Shown here: positions 55,226 to 64,000 of the stretch, in pieces
How positions within the stretch are numbered: position 1 is the first letter of the stretch
How the letters are laid out: each line of letters starts with the position of its first letter
Position numbers and translations under genes: made by a program
The notes under the pieces: generated by a model
The model's database searches: none
What the model was told of the DNA's origin: nothing
Seen by the model: the letters and a program-made list of their open reading frames with translations, nothing else
Assembly (NCBI RefSeq): GCF_009914755.1
Contig: NC_060936.1
Source of the DNA: the human T2T-CHM13v2.0 reference genome, Homo sapiens
Reading direction: 5' to 3' (one strand)
DNA length: 64,000 nucleotides

Positions 55226-56002
55226 TCAGAGTCTGGCTGCTCTGGGCTCTTCAAAGACTGAGATGTGGGGTTCTGCCCATTAGGGGCTGTCCCTTCTGCC
55301 CCAGACTGTGTATGACTCCAAGCTGCTGGGCATCTGGGTGACCTTCTGCCCTCTCTGGTCTAGGCTTCATAGGGAGGGAGTATTCCCACCCCACAGGCAG
55401 CCAAGTTGGAGGTGTAAGCCTCCAGGTCACTCCAGGAAGAATTGCAGGGAAATGGTAACCTGGCATTCCTCTACCTCTTGTCACATTGTGGGGTCCAGCC
55501 TGGGACCTGCCTTTGCTGACACTGTCCAAAGACACCCTGAGACATGCTCTTCCCCAATCCTGCATCATATTTTCTCAGCATCTCCTAACGATGGGGCTGC
55601 ACATCTCATTCAGTATCTTTAACATTGCAATCATTCAAGATCCGCCCACTTGTATTTATATGAATCTGCCAGATCAGCCAACTCCTATTTATCACTTAAT
55701 AGCTTTTGTTAAATGTACTGCCCTTGGGGGAAAAATCAGTGTATTTTAAAGAGATACTTTCTGTCATTACCTTCTATCATTGCCAGATGGAAAGCTAGAA
55801 TCCCTAGCCCCAGGTAAGAGTAAAAATAAATACAATGAAAACAAACATATATTAAAAAACAAAGTGAAATCCTAGTTTGGCACTGTGGTCTGCCAAAGGC
55901 CCTAAGTTTGAGGGCTTCTCTTTTTGTAAAAAAAACAAAACAACAAAACTAGTTTAGCAAGTTAGAGTTAGAAAGGTATCAAATACTAGCACTGAACAGA
56001 GA

Positions 56003-56325
56003 TTTTTTTTTTTTTTTGAGACAGAGTCTCGCTCTGTTGCCCAGGCTGCAGTGCAGTGGCACAATCTCAGCTCACTGAAACCTCTGCCTCCCGGGTTCAA
56101 GCGATTCTCCTGCCTCAGCCTCCCAAGTAGCTTGTACATGGTGGTACACACCTGTACATGGTGGTACAGGTGTGTACCACCATGCTTGGCTAATTTTTAT
56201 ATTTTTAGTGGAGACAGGGTATCACCATGTTGTCCAGGCTGGTCTCAAACTCCTGACCTCAGGTGATCCACCTGCCTTGGCCTCCTGAAGTGCTAGGATT
56301 ATAGGCATGAGCCACTGTGCCAGGC
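56003..56325 (-). mobile_element. Alu (AluS-like) with an internal inverted insertion
   Basis: Reverse Alu with non-consensus sequence at 56133-56163. Confidence 0.93.
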
Positions 56326-57752
56326 CAAAGATGTTTTCCTTATTGTCACAATGATGGTGAGTGCAGGTGACAAGAAGGGCTGACTCTTTGCTCGAATGAG
56401 CTGACATTCTCATGAGGAGACAATATGCAAATAAAATAATTGCAAGTTATAATTAGGGCAATAGAGAAACAAACTAGGTGCTAGATGCTTCCATTAATAG
56501 GATCACCAGGGTAGGTACCTAAGGAGAGGCAGCAGGGGCCCCCTTCCCACTACATTGTGTTCTTTCAAGGCAAAGACTCTTCATTAACTTGTGACAACTT
56601 CTAGCATAATACTCCTTATCAAATCCCTCCACGCAGGGCAGCATCATCATCCTGTTTAGGATGACGACCATCTTTAGAGGGCCTACCAGGATGCCAGGCA
56701 CAGAGGCAAAAGGTTTCCGGGCAGCACCTCATTACATGCTTCTTATAACTCTCTAAAGAGGGTACAGACCAGGAGACTGGCGCAATAAGTCAGCCTAGTT
56801 AGGAGCATACACTTTAGAATCAGAACCACCTGAGATAATCCGCCACTTCCTGGCTACGTGATTTTTGGCAAGTTACCTAAAAGCTTTGGAACTCACAGTG
56901 CTTTGTAACCTCTGAGGTGGGGGTGTACAGTCTGAATCGAATTCATATTCCAAGGGGCTCAGCCTTGCTTTGGAGACTCCCTAGCTGTTATTTTTTGAGA
57001 GCAGGAAATAAGCATCTTGCCACTTCTGTCTTTTGCACAAGTGCGTGTGATTTTATGTCCAACTTTAATGCCCACTACTCAGCAGTACTTGCAGGTTAAA
57101 TGAGATAAGATGATGGTCTCCGTTGATGGAGTTTTCTCCTGCAAGGCACTGTCCTGAGAACTTCTCGCACCATCTCCCCTAGTAGGAGAGACATGATTTA
57201 CAAATGAAGAAATTCATGTGCAGGAAGGTAAAGATTACCTGCGCCAGGGTCCTACAGTGAGTAGGCAACAGGGTCAGGATTGGAGTTCAGGACTCAAACC
57301 TTCACCTCTTTTCAGGATTTCATAAGCTCGCCAGGAAAAGATGACTTAGCAGAGCAGGTGACTCCGGAGATTCAGAGAGCCTGACCTCTGAACCCTCATT
57401 TGCTCACTGAGCTCAGCTGAGACTACCCCATTCCAACTCTAGGCCTTTCCTTCCACCCCCCAAATTCAGGGCAGGGCCATGTTAATCCTTATCATGCATT
57501 TGCTGCTTCTGTTTGGGAATTCCCAGCTGCTACCCAGAGACAAGCAAAGCAGGCTGCAGGTGGCTAGAGCTAGAAGGTCTCAGAGCTGCTGGATGCATGC
57601 TTGTCCACACTGGCCCAGGGGAGGGGCTGAGGAACTGCTCTTGGAATGAGTGCATGGATAAACAGAGCAATGAATGACTCCTATCCTTTGTCTTCTTGGG
57701 GATAAGCATCCTGTGTCCCCTGTAGCTCGGGAGGGCTGTGTTTCATGCCAAG

Positions 57753-58111
57753 TGATACGATTTGGCTGTGTCCCCACCCAAACCTCATCTTGAATTGTAG
57801 CTCCCATAATCCCCATGTGTTGTGGGAGGGACCCAGTGGGAGATAATTGAATCATGGGGACAGGCCTTTCCTGTGCCATTCTCGTGATAGTGAATAAGTC
57901 TCACAAGATCCGATGGCTTTATAAAGGGGAGTTTCCCTGCGCAAGTTTTCTTCTCTTGTCTGCCGCCATGTGAGATGTGTCTTTCACCTTCTGCCATGAT
58001 TGTGAGGCCTCCCCAGCCATGTGGAACTGTGAGTCCATTAAATTTCTTTCTTTTGTAAATTGCCTAGTCTCAGGTATGCCTTCATCAGCAGTGTGAAAAT
58101 GGACTAATACA
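57753..58111 (+). mobile_element. THE1B-like solo LTR
   Basis: tgatacgatttggctgtg...ggactaataca; TSD ccaag/ctaag. Confidence 0.92.
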
Positions 58112-60162
58112 CTAAGATACGCCTTTACCTGCTGTCTTAACACATGAAATAGACCATGAGCCAAGCCCAGCTCAAATTAGTAATGAACTTTGAGCCTCTT
58201 CCATGAGCAAGGTACCACAGGGGCAAAAAGACCAAATAGACCACTGGTCCTGCCCTCTAGGGCTAGACATCAAAGGATATCAAAACGCTGAGATCTTTTT
58301 GTTGACTCACCAGAACCACACTTATTTTTCAACTCAACAGTAGCCTGAATTACTGTTTTAAAAACTGTACACATATATCACCTAATTCATATGCATTAAA
58401 AATCCAGGGAGAGGATAGCCCCCACGGTGTTAGCAGAGCTATCTCTGGCTACTGGGATTAGGAGGTTTTATAAGGTTTTTTTTCCCCTTGCTGCTTATCT
58501 TTCTTTCCTAATTTTTCCTCCAATAAATGCATGTTCCTTTTGTAAATCGAGAAAAAAGGAAGAAATGAGAAAAGCACCTCTGACTTCTGACTAGAGTAAA
58601 ACCAGACACATATGTTTATTCTGTAGACGGTTTGGAAAACATTGAATCGGTGGGGAACTGAAATGAGAAAGTGGAGTCTGAACCAAATTCATACTCCAAG
58701 TAGCTCAGCCTTGCTTTAGAGACTTTCTGGCTGTTACTCTGCGAGGAGAGGAAACATTTTTGCTCCTTCTGTCTTTTGCACAGGGTTTAGCCCACTCTGG
58801 TCCTCTTTGGAAGTGGGCACACAACAAATGCTTGGTGATTACAGAGAAACCTAATAACACTCTTGGCTCAGGAAAGTTTGGTCCCTAATGAGGAAGACAG
58901 AGTTTACTGTTCAATTTTTTTTTTCTAATAACTGTGTAGCTGATAAGAGACAAAAGGGCAGGCAGACGCGTGGTAGGCATAACCTCCACCTCAAATGGCT
59001 GTGTTCTTTCCACCCATGGGCCCCACAGCCCAAAAGGGCACAGGAAGGGAGGCTGAGGACACTGGGAGGAGGGCCTGTGTAAGGCAGTCAGCCGGGGTGG
59101 AGTGTGTGGGGCATTGCTCCCTTCTGCCACTGGGGCTGAATCAACCCTGGATCTGTTGGTCAGGTCCGTTGCTTGGTGAAGGAGATGGGAAGATAAGGAG
59201 ATGGGGAGGGAGGTAAGAGGAAGGGGAGGCTGGGAAGTTATCTGAGCACGGAACCTACCTGGCCATGGTGTAAGACATCACGTGTAGAAGAGAAAACAGG
59301 CATAGAAATGTTTTGAACTCAGGTTGTAGACTAACATTAGGAATTACTGGATCTGCTCCTTTCACAGGGGAGATGGAGAAACCGGAATGCAGAAGGGGGA
59401 TGGAATTTCCCAAGGTTGTGTTTAGAGTGACACAGGCTGGCTGCAACCCAGCTTTGTCTGAAGCTAAACCCAATGCTTGTAGACACAGAGCTATGCTGCC
59501 TTCTCAGAATAATAAGTGGCATTTCTGAACCTCACCACGAGGACTCTGCTGAAGGTTTTACATAAATCATATCCATAGATTGTAATCCTAACCTAACCCC
59601 ATAAGACAGGTGTTATTCCTATCCAACAAATGGGGAAACTGAGACTCAAGGAGTTCAGGTCATTTGCCAAGGTCATGTAGCTAAGATATATGAGACAGAA
59701 CTGGCATTCTACCCTAATTCTATTTGATACTAGCATCTTATTCCTAACCACTAAGCTATATGGCCTCTTTGGAAATGGAAGGAACAGAGGCTGAGGAACA
59801 AGGGAATCAAAGTTTCCCAAGCTCCTGAGATAAGCCTTGTACTCATTCTACCCACACAAGAGCCCTGAGGGGGAGCTTTTCATCCTCCCGTCCCTCCAAT
59901 GAGGAAGTAGTGGCTCAAGAGATTGAATGACTTGCCCAGTAATCCTCTCTGCCAGGACATGCAGCAGGAGCTGGGTCCAGTTTGACCAAAGCCCCTGGGC
60001 CTTCCACTGCCTCCCCCTTTTCTGAGAAGGCCTCGAGCGCTGGGCCACCCCAGAACATGCCCAACTAGCCCACTATTCAGACTGCTGTAGGTCAAGGGTT
60101 TGCAGAGTGTAGAATTTGCAAGACTGCAGATACTGAGGCTTGGTAGAATCAGGCTTCTGAGG

Positions 60163-60497
60163 TGGGAGTTGCAAACTATGGCCCGCGGGCCAAAAGTAGC
60201 CCAAAGCCTGTTTTTTGCATGACCCATTAGCTAAGAATGATTTGATACTCCTTTAAATGGTTGAAACAATTTCAAAAGAAGAGTAATATCTTGTGCCATG
60301 TGAAAATTATATGAAATTCAAATGTCAGTGTTCATAGTAAAGTTTGATTGGAAGACAGCCATACTTTTTGTCTGCAAATTGTCTACAGCTGTTTTCATGT
60401 TAAAATAGCAGAGTTAAGGAGTTGTAACAAAGCCCATATGGCAAAGCTGAAAATATTTACTGTCTAGCCCTTTACAGAAAAGGTTTGCTGACCCCTG
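60163..60497. mobile_element. MER58B-like DNA transposon
   Basis: gcaaactatggcccgcgggccaaa...ccctttacagaaaaggtttgctgacccctg. Confidence 0.82.
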
Positions 60498-62444
60498 CTC
60501 TAAGAAATCAGGGTGGAGCCAACAGAAATTGGGCTACTCAAACTAGAAGGGCTTTCTTCAATTTCAGCCATTCTCCTCTGCATTGGGGTGCGGTTAAGGT
60601 CACGTGGATTTTCCATTCATTCACTTGCTCACTCAGTCAACCATTTGTGCCTCTATGCATGTGCTGAGCTAACACTTCCAGAGCCCTGCCAGGCACTGTG
60701 CCAGGTGTGGGGATACTGAGTCTGGTGGGCAGGCACATATTACATGAGAAAGAGCCAGCAAGTGTCATAGGTCTAAGGACAAGGTTCTGCTTAGGAGTGA
60801 GTTGGGCTAAAGAGGGAGAAGGAACTTGAACTCGGGCCAGTGCATATGTAGCCAAATAAGGGAGCTTATCTGCAAGCCTGTGTTACGCAAGGTGGAGACA
60901 GACTGAACTACCCGCTGCCACCCATCAGGGAGGGGCGTGCCCCAGCCACACAATCACTCAAACGTGGAAGCATATGTCAAGTCCATGTTTTCTGCCTCTT
61001 CCTTTCCCTAATTCCCTGCCCAAACTCCTATATCACATCCTCACAGAGCCTTCCCAGGCAGCTCCTGGACATTAAATTAGCTGGACAAATGTTCACCCAA
61101 GTGAGACAAATCCAAAATTGCTTTAGAATGTCTTTCTTACAGACCACTGACTTCAAAACGGCCATTGGGAGGAAATGACCTGACCCACTGTCACCACACA
61201 AGGAATCACTGTAACTGGATCAAAAGCCACAAGTGTGACATATGTCTGTGCACACAGGTATTTACATGGGCATTCTTGTTTCTGAGTGCAGGTGTATGTC
61301 TGCGTCTGTGACTATTTATGCACACATGAACACACATAAAGACATGTCAATGCATGCATGTGCATGACTGTAGGCGCATGTGTGTGTACATATGTATGTG
61401 GACTCACGTGTGTAGGGGTCTTTGCATTTATGTGCCCATCTATGTCTATGTATCTGTATGTTTTTTTGTGACCTGACTTGGGGACAGCAATATGGGTTCC
61501 ATCATGCCAACTGCAGAACTGGCCTTTCTCATCCCTCAGAAAGCACTCTGGGTCTGCATTTTCCCTGGACTTTGAAATGCTCCAATAAGAAAATCAATTA
61601 TTTGTCTAAAATTAGAACTTCAGGTTGCCTAGGGGTGGGGAAAGTTGGGAGGAGGGTAGTGGGGAATGACTGGTAATGGGTATCGAATCGATTCCGTTTT
61701 TTTGAGGAGAGAGAAAATGTTCTAAAATTAGATTTTGGTGATAGTGGCAAAATTTTGTAAATATACTAAAAACTATTGACACTGTGTATGCTTTAAGTGA
61801 CTAAACTTTAGGGTATATACATTATATATCAATAAAGTTGTTTTAAAAAAGAAAAAAACAAATGGAAGTTTACAAAATTCCCAACTCACTTCCTGTTGCT
61901 TTTGCTGAGGAGCCCTGAGCCAGGCAATGGGTAAAAATAAAACACCCTGATTTCACAGCTTTGTCAACCAGGGAAGGAACTTCTTCCAGTTTCAACAACC
62001 CATGCCTCTGCTGGCCTGACAACAAAGAACATTTGTGTTCTTTGCTCTCGAAGCTTTGTAAATAGAACTTGAAGGACCTAGGAGATTTGAAGAGGCCTGG
62101 GTGGGCAAGATATTGGGGCGGACACTGAGAGGAAAACAAACTATCATTTCATTACCCCAAGAGGAATGGAGAAAAATTGAAGCCAGGGGAGTGTGCTGGC
62201 AGGAATCATTTCTTTGAGAAGGAGGAACAGAAATGAGAGTGGAGAGGGGAGAGAACTTATTAGGGGAGACAGTAGCACCTAGAGGTTAGGAGCTTGGAAT
62301 TTGAAGTCAAAGCCAGGTTTCAGACCCAGTTTTGATATTCTTTACCTATGAGCTTTTGGGAAAGTTGCTTAAAAATCAATGCAGGTAGACAGACCAGAGT
62401 CTATGTCATAGGTCTGGAAGGGTTAAATTAGAAGATTCATGTGG

Positions 62445-62860
62445 TACAGACAACACCAGTGTTCATCAGATCTTCCTCCCTGTTGCTCCTAGGCACTCAG
62501 GAGACTACACTTTCCAATCTCTTTGCAGTTATGTTGCATATGTGACTGGCCCTGGCCAGTGAAAAGTAGGATGTTTTTATTGGCCTGGTTGGGGTATTTT
62601 AAAGTGCATTGCTCAATCCCCACTTTCTTTTCTTGTGCCACCCACGACCAAGGAGGCTCCAGGATGATATGCAGACCCACTAGATCAGAACAGCCTGAAT
62701 CCCTGAGTGACTGCATGGAAGACAGCTGCCCTGGAGGATTGCCCAACCTATAGCCAACTTTACATGAGTGAGAAATAAACGTTCTGAGTAGCGAGAAATA
62801 AATGTTCACAGAGATTTTAGGGTTGTTTGTCATTGCAGCACAAGCCTATCCCTTCCTACC
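62445..62860 (+). mobile_element. Ancient MLT1-type LTR
   Basis: gactacactttcc...ccctgagtgactgcatgga...gagtgagaaataaac. Confidence 0.65.
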
Positions 62861-64000
62861 TAAAAGGACATGCAAAGAGGTTGGATCATTAAAAGCACTC
62901 AATATTGACAATTATGGTTGATTGATAGACCCCAAAATACAAAGTGAGTGAGGCCATGAGAAAAGAAGACAGACAGGGACAACAGCAAAATCAGCAAAAA
63001 TAAGAGACTGCAGCTAGGATCAAACTTCCATAATAAACATCACTATTTTGGGAAAGCAAACTCTGGGATGGGAGTTGTATTTTCCTTTGTGTTGAAAAAA
63101 CGTAGTTCTTTTCCAAATGCCCACAAACACTTACCTCTATTTGTACATAAATGGGCAGCACAATGATTTTAAAAACCAACAGGCAAATGGGAATCTGTGC
63201 TTGGTGAGATTCAATTTCATTTTTTTGTTAATAGCTTTCTCCTACTTCTCACAGATAGAAAGCAAGCCACTCTAGGGCTGTGACCTCACCTCTCAATCAT
63301 TTGAAAACAGAAAATAAATGTCCAGAGAGATTAAAAACATGGGTTCTGTGCCCCAAAAGTTGTCATGTGACAATGTTGCATCTTCATGGGAAAGATGAAA
63401 ACTCCATGTAATCCTATTACGAATATTTCCATTAGCCACCAAGTCTCACCTTGGTAATCTGTTTCAATTGAAAGTCCTGTCATTCCCCAAAACCCAATTT
63501 AGAAGGTGCAGGGACAAAATATAAGTTTGTGCCAATTTCTCAAAGATGAGCAAAAATCATCACTTGAGTTCATCTGGGATTCTTTTTTCCCTTAATCTCT
63601 TAACTCCGGGGCACTAAAAGAATTATTTCCCAATGTTCACCAAGGTAACCTTGTCCTCTCAGGCCTCCTTAAAAATTCCATAGGCACTCTAGCTTCTATC
63701 TATGAAGTGTGGAGGGTGGAGATATGGGGATCTTAACAAGCAAATGCCCAGCTACCTGGATATCCAAGGTTCTTGTGCTTTTGCATGCTCTGGGAAGGTT
63801 AGTAGGAAGGGGTGACTGGGACTGGTGCCACAGTATATACAAAAAGAGTCAAGATCAGCCAGACTGTTCAAACAGCCCACCCAGCACCAGAATCTTTTAA
63901 AAAAATCTTTGTTAAAATTTCAGTAGCTTTTGGGGTACAAGTGGTTTTTGGTTGCATGTATGTATTATACAGTGACAAATTCTGAGATTTTAGTGTACCT

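Overview
This is primate (almost certainly human) genomic DNA containing the 3' end of KSR2 (kinase suppressor of Ras 2) on the minus strand. Six coding exons with canonical GT-AG junctions and matching phases (44840-44744, 43698-43565, 35745-35614, 30470-30341, 28942-28809, 26343-26337) splice into the C-terminal half of the pseudokinase domain, ending ...[12 protein letters not shown] roughly 14 kb 3'UTR follows, with a distal AATAAA at 12200-12195. Positions 44841-64000 are part of one large intron. Positions 1 to about 12150 are Alu-dense sequence downstream of KSR2; from recall NOS1 is the next gene on the same strand, and the region holds a candidate TATA-driven non-coding first exon at about 10990-10827. 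Nearly all ORFs in the supplied track are repeat-derived noise. I see no new multi-gene system. The most interesting unexplained structures are two templated-insertion DNA-repair scars (a 277-bp local copy inside a MER20 with a 26-bp flanking duplication, and a 21-bp perfect fold-back inside an Alu), the candidate first exon, a stop codon overlapping the last splice donor, and neuronal miRNA sites in the UTR. Repeat family names come from recalled consensus sequences and their boundaries are approximate.
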